In this document: positions 23,689 to 31,999 of the stretch, piece after piece
Position numbering within the stretch: position 1 is the stretch's first letter
Layout: each line of letters starts with the position of its first letter
Assembly (NCBI RefSeq): GCF_000015225.1
Contig: NC_008698.1
Span: 30,001 to 62,000, forward strand
Source of the DNA: Thermofilum pendens Hrk 5
GTDB lineage: Archaea; Thermoproteota; Thermoprotei; Thermofilales; Thermofilaceae
Direction of reading: 5' to 3'
Length of the DNA stretch: 32,000 nt
Position numbers and translations under genes: made by a program
Notes under the pieces: generated by a model
What the model was told of the DNA's origin: nothing
What the model saw: the letters and a program-made list of their open reading frames with translations, nothing else
Database searches by the model: none

Positions 23689-24753
23689 ATGAGCGAAAGG
23701 GTACCCGGGGAGGCTGGAGGCGGAACCCCCAGGGATAACGCCATCCAGCTCTTGAAGCTACTGGGCCTCACGGGGCTGGAGGCGGAGCTGTACCTCCTCC
23801 TGCTGGAGAAAGGCCCGCTGAGCGCCCCGGAGATCTCCGACTACCTGGTAAAGCATAGGCCTCAGATCCACGTAGCCCTCACGAGGCTGTCGTCTAAGGG
23901 GTATATTGAGGAGCTTGGAGGAAGGCCGAAGAAGTACAGGGCTGTGGATCCCCAGCTACTCCTGAACCTCTTCCTGAAGGACTTCGATTCCCTCGCGAAA
24001 AAGGCTCTTAGCTACATGCGGGGGTTGTCTAAGCCCTCGTTGGAGGAGAAGTTCGGCGTCTGGATTATCCGGGAGCCCGAGGTCGCTAAGAGCAGGATAG
24101 CCGAGCTACTCGACTCGGCGACTATCGACGCGCTCATAATGGGTGACATAAAGTTCCTGCACATGCTCAGCGATAAAATAGAGGCGGCAGTTGAGCGGGG
24201 TGTCAGAGTATACGTGCTCTCGTATTCCCTGGGCGAGAGGGGGGCTAAGTTTATCGTCGAGGACATGCCGTTCCTGAAGAAGCTAAGGGTAGCGATATCG
24301 GGAGACTTGGTCGTCGTCGTGGACTCCGAGCGCGGGGGAGTCCTTAAGGCGCGCCCAACTCTGCCGATCCGCCACGGCTACTTAATAGAAGAGAGAACGC
24401 TCACTGACTACCTCTCACACGACTTTATGAACCGGTGGGTTAGCTCTAAGGTGATAGTAGACGAGAACTACGACATGCCGCTAAAGTTTACCTTCCACAG
24501 GATGGCTCTCTACGAGACTAAAAAGCTACTGCTTGAGAACAAGAAGCTGAGGCTAAAGGCTACGGGGTACGAGATAGATACCGGCGCGCGGGTAGAGGTC
24601 AGTGGGCGCATAGTCGATGCCGTACTGGACCTTCCGGCTGGCTACGCGCACTTCAAGGTTGAAACCGACTCCGGGGTTATCCGCGTGGGCGGGCTGGACG
24701 CGATAGTGGAGGAGATAGCCGGCGAGTACTTCGAGATATACGAAGAAAGCTAG
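23689..24753 (+). CDS. TrmB-family transcriptional regulator (wHTH plus TrmB-type C-terminal domain)
   Basis: The 354-aa ORF has LGLTGLEAELYLLLLEKGPLSAPEISDYL...VALTRLSSKGYIEE...PKKYRAV, typical of the TrmB N-domain. Confidence 0.8.
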   Translation: MSERVPGEAGGGTPRDNAIQLLKLLGLTGLEAELYLLLLEKGPLSAPEISDYLVKHRPQIHVALTRLSSKGYIEELGGRPKKYRAVDPQLLLNLFLKDFDSLAKKALSYMRGLSKPSLEEKFGVWIIREPEVAKSRIAELLDSATIDALIMGDIKFLHMLSDKIEAAVERGVRVYVLSYSLGERGAKFIVEDMPFLKKLRVAISGDLVVVVDSERGGVLKARPTLPIRHGYLIEERTLTDYLSHDFMNRWVSSKVIVDENYDMPLKFTFHRMALYETKKLLLENKKLRLKATGYEIDTGARVEVSGRIVDAVLDLPAGYAHFKVETDSGVIRVGGLDAIVEEIAGEYFEIYEES

Positions 24754-26432
24754 CTTCTAACCATGTACTTCGCTATCTCGAGGATCACCTTTGGCGTTAG
24801 GTAGGACAGGTTGAGCGCCTTCATGGGGTAGAGTTCCTCTTCTCTGAGAGTTTCCTTGGAGTCCAGGATTTCCGGCCTTCCGCCTCTCCTGGCCAGCTGG
24901 ATGGACTCCATCACCTCCCTGAAGTACTCCTCGTCTATGACTCCGGCCCTGTACTTGCTTGTCGCAAGGCTCTCAACGGCGTTGTACGTTGCCGCCGCTA
25001 TCTCTGCCCGCGTCATCCACCTAGTCTCGTAGTTGAGCATTAGGTACCACTTATCCGCGAGTAGGAGCTTCCTGTGGTCCGAGAGTGTATACGCGAATAA
25101 GCGGTACCCGTACTTGCCGGACATGTGGAAGGCCGGGCTTCCCGGGTCAACGAAGGGCGCTAGTGGCGCTACGAAGGCGTCTACGACTTTTGGGGCAATG
25201 CGTCTGAGTTCTTCGAAGAAGCTACCTATACCCTTAACGTTTTCAGGGGTTTGCCCCGGTAGCCCTACCATGAAGTAGAGGTCTACCCTCGTGAAGCCTA
25301 GATCCTCCGCGTTTCTTAGGAAAGCCTTCAGCGAGCTGTTCGTGTAGGGCCTCCCGTACGTTGACCGGATACTCTCGTCGTGCGTCTCGGGCGAGATCTG
25401 GAGGTAAACCCTTTCCTCGGCGCTTCTCAGTACTGCGAGGAAGTCCCTTGGAGGCGGCGTGAAGAACTCGAAGAATACCTCTACGCCTGCCCTCTCACTT
25501 CTCAGGAGGCTTACTAGTCGCTCTACGTAGCTTTTCCCTAATACTTGGAGGTCGTTGACGAAGAATATAGGAGCCTTCAGCCTCTCGGTTATCTCCTTGT
25601 ACTCTTCGAAAAGCGTTTCCGGCTTCTTGACGCCCAGCTTCCTCCTCCCGTAGATCACGTTGTACGTGAACCTGCTTCCTCCGCAGGCTAGGCAGTTGAA
25701 CGTGCAACCCTTGTACGTTATAACCGCGGTTACAGGGTGCTTGAGGAAAGTGCTCCAAGGTATGGAGTACGTTATACCGCTCCTCACCATCACCTTTACG
25801 ACGATGTCGTACTTTGGTCTGAGCTCGTCAAGCTCTACCGGCACGTACCTTAGACCGTTGAACCTCACTCTGCCGTTCTCGTCTCTGTAGGCTAAGTTAG
25901 GCACCTCCCCGAGCTTATCGAGGCGCCCCGCCTCCAGCGCTTGCACTACTTCGAAGAAGACTGGCTCCGTGGTGTCCCCGAGGACTATTGCGTCGACATA
26001 CGGGAACTTCTCCAGGATTTCCCTCCAGTAATAGGTCGCTGAGAAGCCTCCCAGCACGACGTGCCCCTTCCTCAGCTCCTTGACTAGCCTCGCAATCTCG
26101 AGGGCTCCGTGGGCGTGCACCAGCCAGTGCAGGTCTATCCCGTACACGCTTGCCTCGAGGGATCTGAGGAAGCGTGGAACGTCGAAGCGGGGGTCGTTCA
26201 CCATTTTAGCCGCTAAGTTGAATATCCCGGTTTTAACCCCCCTTTCCTCCAGGTAGCTTGCCAGGGAGAAGAAGCCGGCGGGGTACATGTCGAAGACAGG
26301 CTTAGAGGGTATCACGTCGCTTATGGGTCCGTAGTGGACGTAGGGGCGCTCGCGGAAGTCGTACACGCTTGGAGCGTGAATCAAGGCAACGTCTACGCGC
26401 TTCATGTAGCCCCTTGGCAAAGGTACGTCCAA
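24750..26432 (-). CDS. B12-binding-domain radical SAM protein (class B-like)
   Basis: The 560-aa ORF has an N-terminal Rossmann-like segment (VALIHAP...GIDLHW...VVLGGFSATYYW...VDAIVLGDTTE) followed by GCTFNCLAC (CxxxCxxC). The track start is a TTG at 26432. The ATG at 26405 (MKRVDVALIH) lies about 30 nt downstream of AATATATATT (26431-26440) and is the more likely start. Confidence 0.8.
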   Translation of the reverse strand: MDVPLPRGYMKRVDVALIHAPSVYDFRERPYVHYGPISDVIPSKPVFDMYPAGFFSLASYLEERGVKTGIFNLAAKMVNDPRFDVPRFLRSLEASVYGIDLHWLVHAHGALEIARLVKELRKGHVVLGGFSATYYWREILEKFPYVDAIVLGDTTEPVFFEVVQALEAGRLDKLGEVPNLAYRDENGRVRFNGLRYVPVELDELRPKYDIVVKVMVRSGITYSIPWSTFLKHPVTAVITYKGCTFNCLACGGSRFTYNVIYGRRKLGVKKPETLFEEYKEITERLKAPIFFVNDLQVLGKSYVERLVSLLRSERAGVEVFFEFFTPPPRDFLAVLRSAEERVYLQISPETHDESIRSTYGRPYTNSSLKAFLRNAEDLGFTRVDLYFMVGLPGQTPENVKGIGSFFEELRRIAPKVVDAFVAPLAPFVDPGSPAFHMSGKYGYRLFAYTLSDHRKLLLADKWYLMLNYETRWMTRAEIAAATYNAVESLATSKYRAGVIDEEYFREVMESIQLARRGGRPEILDSKETLREEELYPMKALNLSYLTPKVILEIAKYMVRS

Positions 26433-26506
26433 TATATATTCTTAAGCCAGTGCCCAGAGAGTCCTTTTACCATTGTACAGGACATGCTTAGCCTAGACTC
26501 ATATCT

Positions 26507-26833
26507 TTAGGGCTGTTCTCCCTGGTTGCTCGCAACCCTGTAGAGGATTATAGATACCGCTATCTCAACAGCCTCCCGAGAAGCCTCCAGCAGGGCTTCG
26601 CCCCTGACGCTGTAGGCTCGTGTGCTTATCTCCTTTAACAGTATAACTTCTCCTATGATCCTCTCCGGGAGAGTTCCTGCCAGTTCTATTGGATCCAGCG
26701 ACCCCAGGTCTTCGCTTACCGCGCGGAGCGCTAGCAGTATCGCGAGTCGGGCGTCTCTTTCGAAGTCCTCGTCCTTTGAGAACTTCTCCTCCGCGGCGCT
26801 GAGGAAAGCCGCCGCCTCTGCTACCCTCTCCAC
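26507..26833 (-). CDS. Small all-helical hypothetical protein (108 aa, no Cys)
   Basis: The ORF lies between the two radical SAM genes, starting at a GTG 16 nt after the SPASM gene stop. Its N-terminus AEAAAFLSAAEEKFSKDEDFERDARLAILLALRAV vaguely resembles PaREP1/HEPN-like helical proteins, but it has no RxxxH motif. Confidence 0.55.
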   Translation of the reverse strand: MERVAEAAAFLSAAEEKFSKDEDFERDARLAILLALRAVSEDLGSLDPIELAGTLPERIIGEVILLKEISTRAYSVRGEALLEASREAVEIAVSIILYRVASNQGEQP

Positions 26834-26849
26834 TTGCCAGCACCTGGTG

Positions 26850-27920
26850 CTAGGGGATGACTTCCACGGTGTTGTTGAAGGGAGGGTAATAAATATCGCT
26901 CATAGAGACCACCCCGGCTGAGAGTAGCTCCTTCACCTCGTTGAGCGTGCTGAGAACTATGTCTATGAACCTCTGTGTCGCTACGCACACTTCGCGGAAG
27001 CCATCCTCGCCCCACAGCCTCTCCATGTAGGCGTAGAGGCAACGACCACCGCAGAACTCGAAGTAACGGCACGAGGAGCACGGCTCAGATATTTTAGGGG
27101 CTCTTTCTGGGTGTATCTCCCCGTCCTCCACTCTCCCGACGAGTGCCCAACGCTCCTCCACTGCTATGGGGCATGCGACGATCCTGCCGTCGGTGAGTAT
27201 CGAGAAAGAACTTACCCCCGCGCCGCAGGGGGGCGCCGAGTAGCTTTTGTGGAATGCTCGCGTAATGAGCGCCTTGAAGGGCGCTATTCCCAGAACCTTT
27301 CCTCTGCGCATTTCCTCTAACCACTCCTTGACGAGCTTCGCCACTCCGGGTAGGTAGTTTCCATCCCTCCAGCACGAGAAGCACTTCCACCTATCGCTCC
27401 ACACGACGTCTAGCTGCCAGTGCACATGGCTGAAGAGACCCAAGGAGAGGAGGTGCTTGACGTCTTCGTAGATGTCGGTGTCCTCCGTTACTGTCATCCT
27501 GGCTATCAGGTCCCCCTTGAAGCCTATCTCTCTGAGCCATCTAGCAGACTCGACGACCCGCCTATACACTCCTGAACCTCTATGCTTGTCTGTTACGCTC
27601 TCCCGTCCGTCCACGGATAGCAACACGGCGTCGAACATGTGCCAGTACCTCTCAGGGAGAGACTTCACGAGTGTTCCGTTGGTTTGAATCACGAAGTGCT
27701 TTGCCCTCACGTTTTCCAGAACCCACTTCACGAAGTCCTTGTTGAGAAGCGGTTCTCCTCCGTAGAACGCGACGATAGAGTCTTCGTCGCGTTCAACCAA
27801 CTTCTTGAGCAGGTGGTAGTCGTACTTCACGCTCCACGGCACTTTCCTTGGGTCAAAGCTTCCTCCACAGTAATCGCACTTCAGGTTACACTGGCCGGTG
27901 GTGTGCACTATGTATAGCAC
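26850..27920 (-). CDS. Radical SAM enzyme with a C-terminal SPASM domain (putative peptide/protein-modifying type)
   Basis: The 356-aa ORF has TTGQCNLKCDYCGG at residues 7-20 and FYGGEPLL. The full SPASM signature is present: C-x12-G-x4-C (PPCGAGVSSFSILTDGRIVACP), then C-x2-C-x5-C-x3-C (CSSCRYFEFCGGRC), then a downstream Cys. Confidence 0.85.
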   Translation of the reverse strand: MLYIVHTTGQCNLKCDYCGGSFDPRKVPWSVKYDYHLLKKLVERDEDSIVAFYGGEPLLNKDFVKWVLENVRAKHFVIQTNGTLVKSLPERYWHMFDAVLLSVDGRESVTDKHRGSGVYRRVVESARWLREIGFKGDLIARMTVTEDTDIYEDVKHLLSLGLFSHVHWQLDVVWSDRWKCFSCWRDGNYLPGVAKLVKEWLEEMRRGKVLGIAPFKALITRAFHKSYSAPPCGAGVSSFSILTDGRIVACPIAVEERWALVGRVEDGEIHPERAPKISEPCSSCRYFEFCGGRCLYAYMERLWGEDGFREVCVATQRFIDIVLSTLNEVKELLSAGVVSMSDIYYPPFNNTVEVIP

Positions 27921-27953
27921 GGGTTAACCTGGTCCTCTTTAAACCGATATTCT

Positions 27954-28676
27954 TTACGGCTCTACACGGAGCCTAGGCGGATAGCCGGGAGCCTGCGTCC
28001 ACGTAGCGTCCTGCGCTGAAACCTGGAGGAAGTATCCCTTCAGCTTGAACGAGGAGGGCTCCTTAGGGCAGAACGTGAAAACGCCGTCCCCCAGCCCCTC
28101 GTACTGCGCTACAGCCTCAGGAGCGAAGCCTGTGAGCTCCGCCAGAACTGTTAGCCTATAAGGCCCGGGAGGCTTAACGTGAACCTCTATGTCGACGCAT
28201 TCCCCGAGCTTTACGCTTGTCTTGTTCCAGCCAGCCCAGAGAAAACGGGCCCCGTACCCGGGTATTGCTAGCTGGAACTGTTTAGACTTGTTTATGAAGG
28301 TTATACCCGTAAGCCTAGTCACCAGCAACATAGGGTACTCGACCAGCGTGAAGTTGCATGCTTCTTCGCCAAAGGGTATCCCGACTTCCAGCTGGAGGAC
28401 GGAGTGAGAGGCTGGGGGGACTGTAACGTTTCCCCGTGAAGCTCCGTAGAAGCTTGACCCGCACTTTGCCTTTACGGAGACTTCCTGGAACTGTAGCGGG
28501 ACTGAGTAGGGGTTTGAAAGGTAGATTCTCAGCGTGAGGTTTTCCACGTTTCCGGAGAAGTCTACGTCCGTTACTTCCAGGTAACCCGCATCCAGCGTAT
28601 TGTACAGGTAGGCCTCGAGTATTTGCAAGAGGACGAATATTAGGAATAAACCTACTAAAATATTCTTTACATTCAT
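27954..28676 (-). CDS. Membrane-anchored extracellular protein with a LEA_2/WHy-like domain
   Basis: The 240-aa ORF has an N-terminal anchor NILVGLFLIFVLLQIL, then LEVTDVDFSGNVENLTLRIYLSNPYSVPLQFQEVSVKA (the NPN-like motif of LEA_2), then a second beta-rich domain. A TATA CATATATAC (minus strand) lies about 30 nt upstream. Confidence 0.55.
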   Translation of the reverse strand: MNVKNILVGLFLIFVLLQILEAYLYNTLDAGYLEVTDVDFSGNVENLTLRIYLSNPYSVPLQFQEVSVKAKCGSSFYGASRGNVTVPPASHSVLQLEVGIPFGEEACNFTLVEYPMLLVTRLTGITFINKSKQFQLAIPGYGARFLWAGWNKTSVKLGECVDIEVHVKPPGPYRLTVLAELTGFAPEAVAQYEGLGDGVFTFCPKEPSSFKLKGYFLQVSAQDATWTQAPGYPPRLRVEP

Positions 28677-28721
28677 TCCGAGTTAATACTGTGTAATTGT
28701 CGTATATATGGGTGACCGAGC

Positions 28722-29000
28722 CTAGAGCCTGCTCAGGAGGTCTTCTATGCATCGCATCGACTCCAGGTATCTCTCGCATTTCAGTATAGTTACGCCCGGA
28801 ACGTTCTCGTATTTAAGGTGCAACTCGAGGAGCTCTCCTGCCTCCCCGTGGAATCTAACCTTGGCTTTCCGGTCACCGAGCTGGACAACCAGCACCTGGT
28901 CTCCGTCCTCTACTTCTCTCGTTACCGAGTAGCCTTTCTCCCTCAGAGTTTTCTCGACGGTTTTAATGGCTTCCTCTATCCTCATGCTCCTCACCTGCAA
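28722..29000 (-). CDS. Hypothetical small protein
   Basis: The ORF is 92 aa from the TTG at 29000. The ATG at 28985 (MRIEEAIK, 87 aa), preceded by GGTGAGGAG, is the likely start. I recognise no family. Confidence 0.5.
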   Translation of the reverse strand: MQVRSMRIEEAIKTVEKTLREKGYSVTREVEDGDQVLVVQLGDRKAKVRFHGEAGELLELHLKYENVPGVTILKCERYLESMRCIEDLLSRL

Positions 29001-29020
29001 TGAACACTATCCAGAAACCA

Positions 29021-29031
29021 GATTTATATCT
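29021..29031. promoter_or_regulatory. Single near-palindromic TATA element (GATTTATATCT), possibly shared by two divergent genes
   Basis: Its centre at about 29026 lies about 30 nt from the plus-strand ATG at 29056 and about 26 nt from the minus-strand TTG at 29000. Confidence 0.45.
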
Positions 29032-29055
29032 TAGCGGCTTAAATAAAAGGGCGCT

Positions 29056-29916
29056 ATGAGGCTTGGCTTTATAGGAACAGGGGCCATGGGTTTTCCAATG
29101 GCGGCCCGCTTAGCGAGGACTGGACACGAGCTATTCGTCTGGAACCGGACAATAGAGAAGGCTCGACCGCTAGAGCAGTACGGGGCTAGGGTAGCCTCTA
29201 GCCTCGACGAGCTTTCTAGGGTAGCCGAGGTGGTGTTTGTAATGGTTTCCGACGACGAGGCTTCCCGCGAGGTGCTAAGCGCCGTCCTGAGGGAGGGGCG
29301 CCCGAGGATAATAGTCAATCACAGCACGGTATCCCCGATGTACACCAGGGAGGCGGTAGAGGAGGCTAAGAGGAGGGGCGTCGAATACCTAGCCATACCC
29401 GTCATGGGAGGTCCCTCCGACATCGAGAGGGGAGAGGGCGTGTGCATAGTTGGTGGGCGCGAGGAGGTTTTCCGCGAGGTAGAGCCCCTTACCTCCGCCT
29501 ACTGCAAGGAGCACGTGCTCGTTGGATCACAGGAAAATGCCTCCGTGATAAAGCTCGCGCTTAACAGTATGTACTTCTCGGCTTTGGAGGCGCTCGCAGA
29601 GGCCCTGCTCCTGGTAGAGGCTTGGAACGTGGAGCCGAAGGTTTTCTTCGACGCGGCGAGCAGGCTCTGGCTGAGGGTCGTAGTGGACAGGTACGCCAAG
29701 AGGTTGCTAGACGAGAAGTACCCTACAAGCTTCCAGCTACGGCTTGCCGCGAAAGACCTCCACTACGCTGTTTTCTCGGGTTACCATAAGGGGCAACCGC
29801 TACCAATGCTCTCGGAGCTCGCGAAGACATTCCTGGAAGCTTCGACGATAGGGGGGCTGGGAAGAAGGGATTACACAAGGATCTACTACTTCTTGAAAAG
29901 GGGCTCAACGGGCTAG
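29056..29916 (+). CDS. NAD(P)-dependent beta-hydroxyacid dehydrogenase (3-hydroxyisobutyrate / 2-hydroxy-3-oxopropionate reductase family)
   Basis: The 286-aa ORF has MRLGFIGTGAMGFPMAARLARTGHELFVWNRT (a GxGxxG Rossmann motif) and the family-typical middle Lys region (SVIKLALN). Confidence 0.82.
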   Translation: MRLGFIGTGAMGFPMAARLARTGHELFVWNRTIEKARPLEQYGARVASSLDELSRVAEVVFVMVSDDEASREVLSAVLREGRPRIIVNHSTVSPMYTREAVEEAKRRGVEYLAIPVMGGPSDIERGEGVCIVGGREEVFREVEPLTSAYCKEHVLVGSQENASVIKLALNSMYFSALEALAEALLLVEAWNVEPKVFFDAASRLWLRVVVDRYAKRLLDEKYPTSFQLRLAAKDLHYAVFSGYHKGQPLPMLSELAKTFLEASTIGGLGRRDYTRIYYFLKRGSTG

Positions 29917-30965
29917 AGGTAGGCTACTTCGACCCACCTGTGGGCTTTTACGGCTAGGAAGTCCTCTATCCTGACGGGCGAGAGTACTGCCTGCCTTACG
30001 AAGAACGCTGCGAGGTGGCTGGGGATCCTGGCCTGGGACTCCCTGGGAACATTGCCGAGCACGGCTTCCATGTCTACGTCCCTCACAGCTTCGGGTGGAA
30101 AGCCGTCGAAGGCTCTCAGCTCGAACTTCCTGGTAAAGTACCACCTCGCGACCACGCTTCTCCTAGTGTTTTTAACGAGCACAGCCGCCCTGTAGCCTCC
30201 TTCAGCTTCGAACAGATTCTCGTCCACGAACGCCACGAACCTGCGTACCTCCCTTCTCTTCTCGCTCGCGGAGCTAGCCCTCCCGAACCATTCCAGGAAG
30301 GATTGCAGGAAGTCGTCCAGGGAAACGTAGTTCTTGACCTGGAGCTTCTTGGGGGGCTTCTCCACGGGGCGCTCCGTGAGGAGCTCTACGAACCTTCTCA
30401 AGTTCCTACCGGATGCCACCACGTAGTTCCACGGTACCTCCCACCAGTAGTCGTACCTGGAGAGCACATCCCACTCGTCGATCTTCGCTACCCTGTAGTT
30501 AAGCCCGGCGTCAAAGTCTATTACAGCCTTCACGCGTATCTCCCCCCGCTCCAGCAAGCCGGCCACGGCGCTAGCCATAGATTTCCTCGAGATCAATGAC
30601 CCAGGCACAACGATAAGCACGGTGTCTTTCGCTATCTCCTCACTGCCGGGAGGGTTCTTGGCAACCTCAAGGTAGCTCTTCGCGTTTTCGGGGTTGAAGC
30701 TCGGGTTTAACCTTACCACTCGGTCATCGATGTAGCTACAGTTGTACTGGGAGGCAAGAACCTCGGACACAACTCCTCCCATGAATACGGTGTCCTCTCG
30801 GGATACCTTTATCTCCGGGCAGGGCTTTTCGAAGCCTTCTTCGTCGAAACACCTCACCGGGTTCAGGTCATCGTCCAAGTATGCTTTAAGAACCTCGGGT
30901 TCCTCTACTATCGCTATCGGTGACGGTGGCGCCTTTACGGGATCCTTGACATATATCACTTTCAT
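29913..30965 (-). CDS. Hypothetical protein (350 aa), no recognisable motif
   Basis: It is a long ORF with genome-like codon usage that starts 6 nt after the upstream gene. Its 3' end overlaps the convergent dehydrogenase gene by 4 nt. Confidence 0.6.
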   Translation of the reverse strand: MKVIYVKDPVKAPPSPIAIVEEPEVLKAYLDDDLNPVRCFDEEGFEKPCPEIKVSREDTVFMGGVVSEVLASQYNCSYIDDRVVRLNPSFNPENAKSYLEVAKNPPGSEEIAKDTVLIVVPGSLISRKSMASAVAGLLERGEIRVKAVIDFDAGLNYRVAKIDEWDVLSRYDYWWEVPWNYVVASGRNLRRFVELLTERPVEKPPKKLQVKNYVSLDDFLQSFLEWFGRASSASEKRREVRRFVAFVDENLFEAEGGYRAAVLVKNTRRSVVARWYFTRKFELRAFDGFPPEAVRDVDMEAVLGNVPRESQARIPSHLAAFFVRQAVLSPVRIEDFLAVKAHRWVEVAYL

Positions 30966-30971
30966 TTCAGG

Positions 30972-31805
30972 CTACCTTTTCTGCGCCACGAAGGCTGAGA
31001 AAGGTCCCTTCGTAGAGTACCTTATCTTGGTGAAACGCGAGTCCTGCAGGTTGGTTGCCAGGGTTTCTGGGGGCTCGTAGTCCGGTATGCGCCAGGCGCG
31101 TAGGAGGCTACGCAAACCCTCCCTCTTGTTATCAGGCACTATGGCTATGAGCGTTCCTCCCTTCTTGAGGAGAGAGGACGCCATGCCCAGAATGGTTCTC
31201 CAGCCAAGGCTCATTGCGTCGAGCGTTGCGAAGACCAGGACGTCGACTGTACCGTTTAGGCTGGCTAGCCTATCCGCGTCTTCAAGCGGCACTACGTTGA
31301 GCTTTAGGTCGTACCTCCTGGAGTACTCGTCGTATATCTCCTTAAACGTGGAGTTGTACAGGAACCTCTTCTCGGTTATGATGCCCGGACTGCCGCTTAC
31401 ACGCTGGGATAGGCGTGAGAGGTAGACGGGCGCGACAGTGTTTACCTCGAAGAATGTTGCTCTCGGTGGGAGGCTTGCAATGTTGATGCTCCACTCGTAG
31501 AGGCTGTCTATTATGGAGATCTTCGTGAATAGCTCCGAGAAAAACGCGTAGAAGCGCCAGTCTCCCTCGGCGTAGGCCCTAGCGATGCTCGTTATCCCGT
31601 ACCTGAAAACTTCCTGGAACTCCTTTTCCTCTACCCCGAGGCCTCTGCTTTTCAGCCTCTCGGTAGCCGCTGTGAGCAACTGCGGTAGGTACTTTTCCAC
31701 GGGCGAGATCTCCTCCAGTTGCGGCGCTGAAGCTTTTTTGAGTTCGGAGAGGGCTTCGGGTAATAGGAGTATGGATATGTCGTGGTAGACCTCGGGGTAC
31801 GACAT
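30972..31805 (-). CDS. Hypothetical protein with a degenerate class I methyltransferase-like fold
   Basis: The 277-aa ORF has a helical N-domain, then FFEVNTVAPVYLSRL (the motif I position, lacking GxGxG), ...VDVLVFATLDAMS... and LLKKGGTLIAIVP (MTase motif II/IV-like). The assignment is tentative. Confidence 0.5.
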   Translation of the reverse strand: MSYPEVYHDISILLLPEALSELKKASAPQLEEISPVEKYLPQLLTAATERLKSRGLGVEEKEFQEVFRYGITSIARAYAEGDWRFYAFFSELFTKISIIDSLYEWSINIASLPPRATFFEVNTVAPVYLSRLSQRVSGSPGIITEKRFLYNSTFKEIYDEYSRRYDLKLNVVPLEDADRLASLNGTVDVLVFATLDAMSLGWRTILGMASSLLKKGGTLIAIVPDNKREGLRSLLRAWRIPDYEPPETLATNLQDSRFTKIRYSTKGPFSAFVAQKR

Positions 31806-31999
31806 CAGCCTATCACCAGGTCTATGACTCCTCTTCTTTGGAGCGAGAGGAGTGCCTCAACGTAGGAGAACATTATCTGGGGGTTCTCCAGGCCCAGAAT
31901 ATCGGAGACCTTTACGCTGGGTGCTTCGAGCACCCTGTTTACAAAGCCGCCGTTGTACTTCTCGAATATTATCGAGGGTCTGTACTTCCTCAGCAACAT
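31805..31999 (-). CDS. Hypothetical protein, possibly 5'-truncated by the window edge
   Basis: At least 64 aa are visible. Its stop overlaps the start of the next gene (TGATG at 31805), consistent with translational coupling. The ATG at 31999 may or may not be the true start. Confidence 0.4.
   Translation of the reverse strand: MLLRKYRPSIIFEKYNGGFVNRVLEAPSVKVSDILGLENPQIMFSYVEALLSLQRRGVIDLVIG

Noticed and set aside
27922-27933. GGTTAACCTGGT upstream of the SPASM gene shares the 8-mer AACCTGGT with thi operator site 1
   Set aside because: About one chance recurrence of a specific 8-mer is expected in 64 kb of two-strand sequence. The second half-site (GTTAT) is missing, so there is no evidence of ThiR control of the radical SAM cluster.
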